From: an uncultured delta proteobacterium
GTDB lineage: Bacteria > Desulfobacterota > Binatia > UBA9968
NCBI GenBank assembly: GCA_963760795.1
Contig: CAVXEP010000019.1
Location: forward strand, 277,313 to 341,312
Length of the DNA stretch: 64,000 bases
Reading direction: 5' to 3'
Shown piece after piece: positions 11,801 to 23,348 of the stretch. Below the pieces are notes generated by a model. That model made no database searches. It saw only the letters and a program-made list of their open reading frames with translations, and had not been told where the DNA came from. Both the position numbers and the translations under genes were made by a program. The stretch's first letter is position 1. Every line of letters begins with the position of its first letter.

Positions 11801-11895
11801 TGAGTGCTCCTGTGGTTTTGAGATTGCCAGGTTAGCGTCAAAGCTCGGACAATTTCAAAGCCTCACGGCGATTAACTTGGAAATAAGGACGTGCC

Positions 11896-13026
11896 ATGGC
11901 TGAAAGAAAACACGCCCCGTTTCGCGCCGATCATGTCGGCAGTTTGCTCCGTCCCGCCGACTTGTTGCAGGCTCGGGAGCGACGGGAACGCAACCAGATT
12001 ACCGATGCCGAACTGCGCGCAGTCGAGGATCGCTGCATTCGCGATGTTGTGAAGATGCAGGAAGATCTTGGCCTGCAGGCGGTCACCGATGGCGAGTACC
12101 GGCGCAAGCTATGGAACGTCGACTTCGTCAAAAAATTTGCCGGTGTGGTCGTGAAAGAAGGGCTCGCCGAGGATGCGGACAAATCGTTTCAAGGCGGCGA
12201 TGCTAACTTGCAGCGCTCGCCCACCCGCTTTGAAGTCACGGGCAAATTGAGCCGCGTGCGCGAGCATGAGGTCGAGAATTTCAGATTTACTCAGTCCGCA
12301 ACTAAGGTCACCGCAAAGTTGTCGATTCCATCGCCTTCGGTGCTGCATTTCCGCGGCGGCCGCGGCGCCGTGAGCGCCGCGGCATATCCTGAGATGGGAG
12401 ATTTTTTCACCGACCTAGCGCGGGTTTACCGCGAAGAGATTCAAGCGCTGGCGGCGGCCGGCTGCACCTATTTGCAGATCGACGATACCAACCTGGCTTA
12501 TCTCTGCGATCCCAAGATGCGCGAAGGTGCCAAAAAAATTGGCGAAGACCCCGACCGCTTGCCTTCGCTCTACGCCAACCTGATCAACGAGTGCATCAAA
12601 GACCGGCCTGCCCACATGGTGGTGTGCACCCACCTGTGCCGCGGTAACTTCGCCAGCGCGTGGGTGGCCGAAGGCGGCTACGATCCAGTGGCGGAAGTCC
12701 TATTCAACGAGTTGAAGGTCGACGGCTACTTCCTCGAATTCGACTCGCCGCGAGCCGGCAACTTCGCGCCGCTACGCTACCTGCCCAAAGGCAAGCGTAT
12801 CATGCTCGGCTTGGTCACGACCAAGACCGGCGCGCTGGAAAACCCCGACGACCTCAAACGGCGCATCGACGAGGCCGCTAAACTCGTTCCCATCGACCAG
12901 CTCGGCATCAGCCCGCAGTGCGGCTTCTCAAGCACGGTGCTGGGCAACAAGCTGACGGTGCAAGATCAGATCGCCAAGTTGAGGCTCATCGTGCAGGTCG
13001 CAACTGACGTTTGGGGCGCGGTTTAG
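11896..13026 (+). CDS. cobalamin-independent methionine synthase II family (YxjH-like, catalytic barrel only)
   Basis: RADHVGSLLRP, TDGEYRR, HLCRGN, ISPQCGFSS zinc ligands. Confidence 0.9.
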   Translation: MAERKHAPFRADHVGSLLRPADLLQARERRERNQITDAELRAVEDRCIRDVVKMQEDLGLQAVTDGEYRRKLWNVDFVKKFAGVVVKEGLAEDADKSFQGGDANLQRSPTRFEVTGKLSRVREHEVENFRFTQSATKVTAKLSIPSPSVLHFRGGRGAVSAAAYPEMGDFFTDLARVYREEIQALAAAGCTYLQIDDTNLAYLCDPKMREGAKKIGEDPDRLPSLYANLINECIKDRPAHMVVCTHLCRGNFASAWVAEGGYDPVAEVLFNELKVDGYFLEFDSPRAGNFAPLRYLPKGKRIMLGLVTTKTGALENPDDLKRRIDEAAKLVPIDQLGISPQCGFSSTVLGNKLTVQDQIAKLRLIVQVATDVWGAV

Positions 13027-13136
13027 AGGCATGAGCTGTGGCGAAGTTCCTTCAACGTTCAAGGTCAACGTCGGAAACCGGACGTGCACGTCAATAATGA
13101 AGCCCCGGAAACGGCTTCTTGCCAACATTGTCGATC

Positions 13137-14204
13137 ATGAAATTTCGCGGTGAATTTGCTTTAAAGTTTGCCCTGCAAAGCGCCAGCCAGCACAGGTTGC
13201 CTGATCTGGTTCGGCTGGCGCAGCGAGCGCATGGCGAAGGGTATAAGCAGGTTTGGGTTAACGATAATCTCGGCCAACGCAATGTCTTGGTTATGCTGAC
13301 CGCCATTGCGGCGCAGGTGCCGATAAAATTAGGCACGTCGATTCTCGTGCCTTATTTTCGCAATCCTGTCGATGTCGCCGGCAGCCTGGCAGCGCTCTCG
13401 GAATTGACCGATGGGCGTGAACTGAGTGTCGGCATCGCCCGCGGCGAGGCGGCGATTGCCGGCCGGCAGATCGCCATGATCAAACCGCTGGCGATGGTGC
13501 GCGAGACGACGTTGACGCTCAGGGCTTTGCTGGGCGGCGAACCAGTCTCCTTTCGCGACTTCCCGGTATGCGCCGCCTACCACCATATTGATCAGGAGCA
13601 AGAGTTTCGTTTGGCGTTTGCGCCGGCAGCGCCGATTCGCTTTTACTGCGGCGGCAACGCTCCCAAGATACTCAAAATTGCCGGTGAGATCATGGATGGC
13701 GTCTTGATCGGCGACCATTACATTCCCTTGGTTCGCAGCGGCCGGCTCGATCATTTGTTGACGATTCAGCGCAGTGCGGCCGCCGAGCGCCAGCCCGGGA
13801 AGAATATGTTTGACGTTTGCGAGCTCGACATCGCTATCGCGCGTGACCGCCAGCGCGCGCTCGAATTCGCCAAACCTTTTGTTGCCAATATTCTCCTGGG
13901 TCTCGAAGGCGCGGGATACTCGGATGACGAGCTGCGCGTCTTGGGAGTGGAGCCGACGCTCGTCAGTTCGTTGAAACAAGCGCGCGCCGCTGGCGCGACG
14001 GTTCAAGCGGTCGCGGCGCTCATTCCCGATCAAGCGGTGCAGCGTTGCTATGTGGCGGGCGGTCCGGAGGAGTGCCGCGACCAATTGGCGCCGTTGCTCG
14101 CTGAGGCAGAGCGATTGAAGTTCGGCCAGGTCGCGTTTGCCAAACTGGGCCCTGACTGGAATGAAGCGATGCCACTGCTGCGGCGGCAACTGGATCATCT
14201 CTAA
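13137..14204 (+). CDS. LLM-class flavin/F420-dependent oxidoreductase (Mer-like)
   Basis: IKLGTSILVPYFRNPV, LSELTDGRELSVGIARG, PKILKIAGEIMDGV. Confidence 0.85.
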   Translation: MKFRGEFALKFALQSASQHRLPDLVRLAQRAHGEGYKQVWVNDNLGQRNVLVMLTAIAAQVPIKLGTSILVPYFRNPVDVAGSLAALSELTDGRELSVGIARGEAAIAGRQIAMIKPLAMVRETTLTLRALLGGEPVSFRDFPVCAAYHHIDQEQEFRLAFAPAAPIRFYCGGNAPKILKIAGEIMDGVLIGDHYIPLVRSGRLDHLLTIQRSAAAERQPGKNMFDVCELDIAIARDRQRALEFAKPFVANILLGLEGAGYSDDELRVLGVEPTLVSSLKQARAAGATVQAVAALIPDQAVQRCYVAGGPEECRDQLAPLLAEAERLKFGQVAFAKLGPDWNEAMPLLRRQLDHL

Positions 14205-14209
14205 CGAGC

Positions 14210-17200
14210 ATGAGCGATCTTACAGCACGACGCGGACTGCGCTCGCCCCAAACCTTTGTCGAGTTTGCCGCTGCCGAACTCGACCAATCGATACACCAGC
14301 GCTTCGAGCGCCAAGTGCAGAAATACGGCGATGGCTGTGCGGTGCGCCTGCCATCCGGTGATGTCAGCTATGCGGCATTGAACGCTGCCGCCAATCGCGC
14401 CGCACGGCTGCTGCTCGCGACCGCGGAAAATGTTTCCGGCCCAGTAGCCTTGATGATGGATCAGGGCTACCAGGCCATTGTCTGGACGCTGGCGATTCTC
14501 AAAGCGGGCCTTTGCTACGCGCCGATGGACCAGCGTCTGCCCGACGCGGTGCTGAACGGCATAATCAAAGACTTGGCCCCAGGAATGTTAGTTGCCGATG
14601 GTAGGTATCTCGACCTAGCTCGAGGCCTGGCTGGAAGTGATTTCCCTGTCATCCAGGCGAATGCGGTTCGTGATGGCTTCTCTGGTGAAAATGTCGATCG
14701 ACTGGTTTCACCCGATACGCTCGCCTATGTTTTCTACACGTCGGGTCCACCGGCGCGCCCAAGGGCGTCGCGGATTGTCATCGTAACGTCCTGCATAATG
14801 TTTTGCGTTATACCAATAGCCTTAAGTTCGCGCCTGGCGACGTCTTGAGTCTGGTGCAGAACCCGAGCTTCAGCGGCACGGTTTCCAGTCTGTTTGGCGC
14901 GTTGCTCAATGGCGCCGCGGTTGCGCCATTCGATCTGCAAGGTGAGGGTTTGCCGGCAATCTCGCAATGGCTGCAGCGAGCACGGGTCACCGTGTTTCAT
15001 GCCGTGCCATCGATCTTTCGCCAACTGTCGGATCCGCTAAACCGGTTTCCCGCTGTGCGGCTGATTCGACTCGAGGGTGATCGCGCGGCACCGCTGGATA
15101 TCGAACATTTTCAGGCGAACTTCCAAGATAGTTGCACATTGATCAACGGTCTCGGCGCCACCGAGTGTGGCCTGGTGCGCCAGTTCTTCGTCGATAAAAA
15201 GACCACTCTCGGCGAAAACGAATCGGTGCCTGTCGGTTACCCGGTTACGGATATGACGGTGCGGGTGGTCGATGATCGGGGACATGAGCTGCCGCTCGGT
15301 GCCGCCGGTGAGATTGTCGTCGAGAGCCGCTTTTTGGCGAATGGTTACTGGCGCAACGGCGCTTTGACTGCGCAACGCTTCATTGAATTAGATAATGGCT
15401 TGCGCCGTTATCGCACCGGCGATCTCGGCCGCATGAGCGAAGGGGGTTGTCTATTTCATTTGGGACGGGTGGATCAGCGTCTCCGCATCGGCGGCGAGTT
15501 CGTTGCTCCGGCAGATGTTGAAAGAATCTTGCTCAGCGTTGCGGGAGTGCAGCAGGCCGCCGTCCGTGATTTCTCGGATCAGCTTGGCGAGCGCAGGCTG
15601 TGCGCTTACCTCGTGGCTGACCCGGCCGTGAGCGCCGGGGTGATTCGCGCAGAGTTGTCAGACCGCATCGCTATCTCACATTTGCCCAGCGCCTTTGTCT
15701 TTCTCGATGAGCTGCCGGTCACCAAGGATCTCAAGGTCGATTACTCGAGCTTACCGCCGCCGGGACGAAACCGTCCTCGGCTCGCCAACGGCTACGTTGC
15801 GCCGAGCAATGAGACCGAGCAACAGATGGCGCGTGTCTGGTCGGTGGTCTTGGAGCTCGATGAGGTGGGCGTGACCGATTCCTTCTTCGATTTAGGCGGC
15901 GATTCCATCCGTGCCGCGCGCTTCGTGACCCTGTTCAAGGAGCAGCAAGGCTTAGCGATACCGGTGACGAGCGTTTACGAGCATCTGACGATCCGCGCGC
16001 TGGTGCACGGGTTAGACGACGATCGGCCTGCTGCGCCAGAAACCGTTGCCGGCGCAAACCAAGAGAATCATGCGCTTCCCGCTCATAGCATCGCAATTAT
16101 TGGCATGGCCGGGCGATTTCCCGGAGCCGATTCAATTGAACAGTTTTGGCATAATCTGCGCGCGGGCGTCGAGAGCCTGACAGTGTTGCCCCGCGAGTCT
16201 TCTGAACCAAGCCCCGCAGCTGTTCCAGACGCGGTGGCCGCCCGTGGATTGCTTGCCAATGTCGATCAGTTCGATGCCGCGCTTTTTCGCCTGACGCCGC
16301 GCCAAGCGCAGATGCTCGATCCGCAGCAACGTTTGTGGCTGGAGTGCGTTCATCGTGCGCTCGAAGACGCCGGACTGCCGGTCAGCGAGGCCGGATACGC
16401 CGGCGCTAACGCCAACATCGGTGTGTTTGCCGGTGGCAATGCAAGCACCTATCTTTGGCATCTGCTCGGCGGCAGCCGTGATGCCGTCGATGCGCTGCTG
16501 CAGCGAACCGGCGAGGAAGCCCATCAGTTGGCGATCAGCAACGATAGCGATTCGCTGGCGACGCGCACCTCCTTCGTGATGGGTTTCACCGGGCCGAGTA
16601 TCAACGTTCAGACTGCCTGTTCGACATCGTTAGTCGCAGTCGCCCAGGCCTGCCAGGCACTGAGCAGCAGACAGTGCGACATTGCCATCGCCGGCGGTGT
16701 TGCCGTGAGGTTTCCGCAAACGGACAACGCTTCGCGCCAAGTGGGCGGGATCTATTCCCAAGACGGCCATTGCCGCGCCTTCGATGCCAGAGCGACGGGA
16801 ACCGTATTCAGCGATGGTGTCGGCGTCGTCGTGTTGAAAAGGCTGGGCGATGCCGAGCGCGATGGCGACCGTGTCGATGCGCTGATTCGCGGCTGGGCGG
16901 TCAACAACGACGGTTCGAACAAAGCCAGCTTTGCCGCGCCCAGTGTCAACGGCCAGGCGGCGGTTATCGCGCGCGCCCAAGCTCACGCCAACGTGCGGCC
17001 GCGCGATGTCAGCTACGTCGAAGCGCACGGTACCGGCACTCCGGTGGGCGACCCGATTGAATTTGCCGCGCTCGCTCGCGCGTTTCGGCGCGGCGCCGGC
17101 GAGCGGTGGGTTTGCGCCATGGGTTCGGTGAAAACCAATATCGGCCACCTCGATGCCGCGGCGGGCATTGCCGGATTGATCAAAACTGTACTGGCGCTAA

Positions 17201-20028
17201 AGCACCGTGAGATTCCCGCGACGTTGCACTTCGAAAAAGCCAATCCGGAAATCGATCTGGATGCAAGTCCATTCTATATCGTTGACCGGTTGATACCGTG
17301 GCCACGGATGGGGACCGTCGGATCGCGGGCGTTTCTTCGTTCGGTATTGGCGGCACCAACTGTCATTTGGTTTTGCAAGACGCTGCGTTGGCCGCACCGC
17401 TTGCGGTTCAGACCGCGTTGCCTGCTCATCTGCTGACTTTCTCCGCTGCGTCCGCGGCCGCGTTGGATGAATTGGCCGGCAGTTACCGCCAATTTCTTGC
17501 CGAGAACCCCATGGCGGATCTGGCCGGTATCGCCGCGGCAAGTCAGAAAAGCCGATCCCATTATTCCCATCGCGCGGCGATTGTCGGTACGTCGGTGCAG
17601 CAGTTGCGCGCGAGTTTATCGCAGGACCGAGGAGCGGGCGGAGTTGACTGGCATTGGCGCGGCAAAGCCGTGACTTCCGCCAACCCCGAGATCGGCTTTC
17701 TATTTGCCGGGCAGGGCACGCAATACGTCAATATGGGCCGAGAGATTTATCAGGCGAGCGGCGATTTTCGCAGGGTGCTCGAGCGCTGCGATAATATTTT
17801 GCGCGATCAACTGGAGCGGCCGCTGCTCGACGTCATGTTCGGTGCTTCCGGCGAACTGATTCACCGCACCGACTATGCCCAGCCGGCTCTCTTTGCGCTT
17901 GAATTCGCTTTGGCTGAACTGCTGCAATCGTGGGGCATCAAACCAAAGTTCGTCATGGGTCATAGCCTTGGCGAGTATGTCGCCGCCTGTGTCGCGGGAG
18001 TGTTCACGCTTGAGGACGGGCTGCGGTTGGCCGCCGCGCGCGGCCGGTTGATGCAGCAGCTGCCCGGTGCCGGCAAGATGCTGGCGGTCACCGCCGAGCA
18101 AACGACTCTCGATGCGCTGTTGCACAGGTTCCCGGCAGTAGCGATCGCGGCGATCAACTCGCCCAGTCAAACGGTGCTTTCCGGCGCGGCTGACGCCATC
18201 GACCGGTTGCAAGCGATGTTGCAAGCGCAAGGAACCTATTGCCGTGAACTGAATGTGTCCCATGGGTTTCATTCCGCGCAGATGGATCCGGTTTTGGCGC
18301 CGCTGCGGCAGTTAATCAGCACGACCGAGTTGCAGGCGCCGAGCCTGTGTCTGATCGGCAACTTGCATGGTCGCGCGGTCACAACCGAAGTCACCGATCC
18401 GGAATATTGGTGTCAACAGGCGCGTCAACCGGTGCAATTTGCCGCGGGATTTTGCACCATGGTGCAAGCAGGCTGCGATCTGTTTGTGGAAATTGGCCCC
18501 GATGCTGATCTTCTCCGCGCTGACCCAGGAATCCTCTGCGCAGCAAAAGCTGGATGTCGTGCCAACCCTGCGCCGGGGTGATAACGATTGGGCGGCGTTG
18601 TTGGCAACCATAGGGCGCTTATATGTCCGCGGCGTGCAGGTGGATTGGCCGGCGTTGCAAAAGGGACAAAGCTTTCGCTCGGTATCTTTGCCGAGCTATC
18701 CGTATCAGCGTTCGCGCTATTGGTATGACGGTGCGCTGCTCAACGCCCAACATCGTGTCGCGACCGCGCCGAATCATTCGGCCGGTCATCCTCTGCTCGG
18801 CCGGCGTTTACGCTTGCCCGGCGCGACTGAGATCCGTTTCGAATCTCGGTTCAGCCAGAGCGCGCCGCAGTTCCTTAACGATCACCGCCTTTTCGGCATC
18901 TCTTTGCCTCCGGCTGCATGCCATTTTGCCATGCTGGCCCAGGCGGCGGAATTTCTCGGCGGCACTCAAGGTGATTGCTATCGCTTTGAGGATCTTTATC
19001 TGTTGCGTCCTTTGTTATTGCCGGACGGATGCGAGCGCGATGTCCAGTTGATTTTCAAGCCGGACGCGCAGGGCTGGAGTCTGGAGCTGACGAGCGCCGG
19101 GGTTAACGAAGCGGCAATGGGCAGTGAACCCTGGACAGCGCACATGATTGGCTTGGGCCGGGCGCATGTGCCGGAGAAGACGACTCCTGCGCTGCCGACA
19201 ATAGATTTGAGCGCCATCAAAGCGCGCTGCGCGGAGACGCTTTCGCGCAGCGAGTTCTATTCAAGAATCTGGGCCAATCAGGGCGGAACCGGGTCGGCAT
19301 TTCGCTGGATCGAAACGATCTGGCAGGGCGATCAGGAAGCGCTATGCCGGGCGGTCTGTCCCGCCACGATCCTTGACGCCGCGAGTTATCGGTTGCACCC
19401 AGGTCTGATCGAAGCCGCTTGCCAGGTGCTGCACTGTTGCGCCACCATCGAGACCGAGGAGCAGCTGCGACAAAACTCGACAACCTTTGTGCCGTTTTCC
19501 CTGGATGTGCTGTCGCTGTACGACGTCAAAGCGACCTACGAGCAGGCGTGGTGCTACGCGCAACTTCGCGAGCATAGCGAAAACAATGTGCTTGCCGATT
19601 TGTCGATTATGAATAATTCCGGAGAACTGGTCGCCCAATTGGAGGGTTTTCGTCTGCGGCCGATCACCCAGCAGGGATTGGAAGCTTCGCGGCAACGAGT
19701 CACCACCCATGCCGATGGCAAATTGATATCCGGTTCGCTTCCCGGACCCATGGATGGCATCGACAAAGCGGCGCTGACCCTGCAACAAGTTGTGCGCTAT
19801 CTGCAAGCGCAGTGTGCGGAACTCTCAGGCTATCCCGAATCGGCGATTTTCAGTGATCGAGGTTTCATGGCGATGGGGCTGGACTCCCTGGTTGCGATGA
19901 TTCTATCCAACCGTATCCGTCAAGACTTCGGCTGCGCGGTTTCCGCCACGCAGATTTTGCTGTCCGTGAGTATCGAATCACTCGCTCAAGTCATCTGTGA
20001 AAGTGTCTCTGACACGGGTTTCTTATAG
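14210..20028 (+). CDS. hybrid NRPS-like/type I PKS, domain order A-T-KS-AT-DH-ACP (three 1-bp frameshifts near 14745, 17300 and 18510)
   Basis: Joined ORFs 14210-14848, 14803-17436, 17298-18581, 18367-20028. A3 YTSG(S)TGAPKG restored across the first shift, YRTGDLG; T FFDLGGDS; KS TACSTS/EAHGTGT/KTNIGH; AT GHSLG/HGFH; DH HPLL/DHRLFG; ACP MGLDSL. Confidence 0.9.
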
Positions 20029-20369
20029 TTCAAATGCCCCACTGAGTGCTCAAATGGCTGTGTGGGTTGCAACCAACGCGCAAGACAGAGCATCTAAGGA
20101 TTCGGCGCGCCAGGAGGAACTTACCGAAGAGATCCATCGCACGACCTTTGAAGATCGTCCCGACCGGGTGCGGACCAATCTCCATTTGGTCTTCTCCGAT
20201 TTCGGTTCGGTGCGGCAGTTGCAAGTGGAGCGGGACGTCCGGGCGGAATTGGTCCTGCGCCGGCTCGAAAGGACGGTACGAGTATTTCGCGGCGAGCTCT
20301 AGGCGGTGCAGGACTTACTCTACCGTTGGGACGTACACGGTGACATATTCAGGTGCAGCGCTGAAGCTG

Positions 20370-21398
20370 CTAAAAACTACAGCGCCCGTCTTTTTCCACT
20401 TCCGGAACTAAGGCGGCATCGACGAGATCTTGCGGTTTCATGGTTGCCGCCGAGGGGATCAGCGCTGCGGTCATTTGAATGGCGAGATCGACGCCTTCGG
20501 GTTTCAGATAGGGCTTCGCCGGAATCACGTCGGTGATGTAAAGCTGGTAAAGATACTCGATCCCCGCCGCGTCCATGTTCCTGCCGGTCTTGGCGACGAA
20601 TTCCTTGGCTTTGACCTGATCTTTTCGCGCCAGGGCGATGCCTTCGCAAATTCCGCTCATGAATTTCTTCGCGTCTTCCCGGCGATTTTTTAAAAGCACT
20701 GCCGAAATCGCATAGTCGGCGCCGCCACCGGCGTAAATCTTTAGCTGGCGATGATCGGTGAGCCGATTAAGTTTTTTGATTTGTCCGGTCTTTTCCAGGT
20801 CGTACATGGTTTCCGCGGTGATCATCATCGCGGCGACCGCTCCGGTGAGTAGGCTTTTCACCCGGTCCGTGTTCCTGCCTTCGTCGAACGGAATTAACGT
20901 CACATCTTTGTCCGGATCGATGCCGAGCTTGCGCAGCGCTAGGCGCGTGAGCTGATCCGGCGTGCTGCCGGGCTCGCCGGTGCCGATTTTTTTGCCTTTG
21001 AGATCGGCGGCACTCTTGATCGCCGCCTCGGCGAAAAATGCTGAATAGTTGAAGCCGGTGTTGCCTACCAGCCGCATCGCTGGGCCGCCGGAGGCGTTGT
21101 TGTGCCCGATGTGGTTGGCGCTGGCGACGGCGATGTCCGCCTCGCCGTTTTTCATGGCGGCGAGCAGCTTGTCGTTGGAACCGGGATTGGTCCAGGTGAT
21201 TTTCAAACCGTTGCGCTCGAAGATGCCGGCGTCGCGGGCCATGTACATCGGCAGTTTGCTGATGTTCCAGGGTGGGTAAAACAACACGCGGAGGGTGTCG
21301 GATTGGGCGGCGGCGTGGGAGCAGAATGAGAGTAGGTAGAGAATTGCAACTATCTGGCCAGCGTGCGCGTACCCACCGCCGCCCTTGTCCTCCCCCAT
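20370..21398 (-). CDS. ABC-type substrate-binding protein (NMT1/THI5/SsuA-like)
   Basis: IKSAADLKGKKIG, LGIDPDKDV; signal-peptide-like N-terminus; start uncertain. Confidence 0.85.
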   Translation of the reverse strand: MGEDKGGGGYAHAGQIVAILYLLSFCSHAAAQSDTLRVLFYPPWNISKLPMYMARDAGIFERNGLKITWTNPGSNDKLLAAMKNGEADIAVASANHIGHNNASGGPAMRLVGNTGFNYSAFFAEAAIKSAADLKGKKIGTGEPGSTPDQLTRLALRKLGIDPDKDVTLIPFDEGRNTDRVKSLLTGAVAAMMITAETMYDLEKTGQIKKLNRLTDHRQLKIYAGGGADYAISAVLLKNRREDAKKFMSGICEGIALARKDQVKAKEFVAKTGRNMDAAGIEYLYQLYITDVIPAKPYLKPEGVDLAIQMTAALIPSAATMKPQDLVDAALVPEVEKDGRCSF

Positions 21399-21548
21399 CG
21401 GGAGCCTGTGTCACAGTTGGCAAAAGTCCTATTGCTGTCATCCTGAGTGCAGCGAAGGATCTCGTCTTCTCTGCCACTCATGAAGACGAGATTCCTCGGC
21501 TTCGCCTCGGAATGACAATTACGAAACAGCCTCCGACGGGGAAAGGAC
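21387..21548. repeat. nested REP/MITE-like palindromic element
   Basis: Outer arms gtcctcccccatcg / cgacggggaaaggac; middle arms ggagcctgtgtc / gaaacagcctcc; inner arms gtcatcctgagtgcagcgaaggatctcgtcttc / gaagacgagattcctcggcttcgcctcggaatgac. Confidence 0.75.
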
Positions 21549-21606
21549 GAATTCGGGCCGGTGTCGAATTGCTTATCCAAATTCCGATTTGCCATTGTTG
21601 CGAGTC

Positions 21607-23326
21607 CTAATGTTTGAACGACACGATGAAATACGCCGTCGCGGAGCGCGACGCCGAGTCGCCTTGACCGACGACGATGACCGGATAGGTGCCGATGTCC
21701 TTGGTCATCTGTGCCGGCACGATGGCTTCGAGTTCGCTAGTGCCGATAAATCGGGTTTCCAGCTCCTTGCCGTTCAACATGACCTTGTGGAATTTGTCGA
21801 AGCCGCGCGGTGTGCTGATTTTCAAGGTTCCGGCTGTCCCCTGTGCCAGCGAGCGCGGCGCGATGTCAATCTCCTGCGGTGTCGAGCGCCAGGCACGAAT
21901 CGCTGGAATCGGATTTTTGTAATTGGCGTGGAAGTCGCGGTCGACGACTTTTCCACCCTGCACCACCAGCTTGACGTTTTGCACGGCCCAGATGTCTTGC
22001 AGCGGATCGCCGTCGATGACGACGATGTCGGCGACTTTGCCGGCCTCGACCGTGCCGTAGTCTTTGTCCTTGCGGAACGCTTTGGCGCTGTTGATCGTGC
22101 CGGCCTGGATCGCTTGCATCGGCGTGATGCCGGCTTCGACGAACATCACCAGTTCCTGGTGCAGCCCGAGGCCAGGCAGGCCATTGTTCGGGTCGGAGCC
22201 GGCGCGCAGTAGTCCGCCGGCTTTGACATAGCGGCGCATCAAATCTTCGAGCTTCTTATAACCTTCGCGGGCATTGTTGAGCCGCTCGGGGGCGAATTTC
22301 GCGTAGCGTTCGTACTGGCCAAGCGCCTGCTCGCGCAACACGCGCGGCAGGTAGCCGGCATTTTTCTGATCGAGAATCGACAGCTCGCGCTCTTTGAATC
22401 TTGCCACGCTCGGCGACAGCGGGCGATACCAAGTGGCGATGGTCGGACTCCAGGTGATGTTTTTGTCCACCGCGGCTTTGACGACCTTGTCGAAGTTCTC
22501 CGGTTCATAGAAATAGGCGAGGTCGGCGGTGTTGATCTTGCCGGTCATGCGCCGCTCGTGCACGTCCCAGCGCTTCTTCAAATCGCCGATGGTGGTCATG
22601 CCCATGCCCCAATGATGTTCGACGCCGGCGAAATTATTTTCCGCGGCGAGAAACACATCGAGGCAGTGGCAAGTGATCGGCAAGCCGAGTTTTTCGGCTT
22701 CCTCGGCGCCGGCTTTGATCACTTCCGGCGCGACGTACTCGTTGAACTTGATGATGTCGATGCCGGCGGCTTTTTTCTTGCGCACGACTTCGCGCGCTTC
22801 TTCCGGAGTCTTGACCAAATAGCCGCGCTCGCCGCGTAGCGCCCAGGCGGGCGGCGGCGCCGACCAGACCGGCCGCCGGTGGACCAGATGCGCGGGCCGC
22901 GGATCTTGCCGAGGTCGGTGCCGTGCTTTTGCGCCAGGGTCCATTCGTCGTCGTTCTGGGTGATGTCGGGGCAAGTGGTGACGCCGAGATGGAGATAAAT
23001 CTCGCCGACGAAGTCGAGCAAGTGGCAGTGGCCGTCGATGAACCCGGGCAGAATGGTTTTGCCTTTGACGTCGATCGATGCGGGCGCCGCGCGGAGATCG
23101 TCACTTCGCCGCGCTTGCCGACCGCTTTGATGCGTTCGCCTTCGATGACGATGACCGCGTCTTCGACCGGCGGCCTGTCCGGTGGCGTCGATCAGCGTGC
23201 CGCCTTGAATCACCAGCGGCGTGATTTGGGGTTGAGCCGCTGAGATTCGATACTTGCCGGCGCCAGCGCGCTGGCAACGAATAGTCCACCCGCCAGGATG
23301 ATTCTCGTAAATCCGCTGACGTTCAT
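21607..23326 (-). CDS. exported amidohydrolase family protein with C-terminal IPT/TIG-like domain (several frameshifts)
   Basis: Pieces in different frames: signal peptide, IQGGTLIDATG, LPGFIDGHCH, RAGSDP, GTVEAGKVADIVVIDGDPL, beta-rich tail. Confidence 0.82.
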
Positions 23327-23348
23327 GCGCTTTAGTCCTCCCGCAAGC

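Noticed and set aside
19997-20340. Small ORFs downstream of the PKS as a possible release enzyme or precursor peptide
   Set aside because: Competing ORFs on both strands, no RBS or recognisable motif; at most a gene remnant
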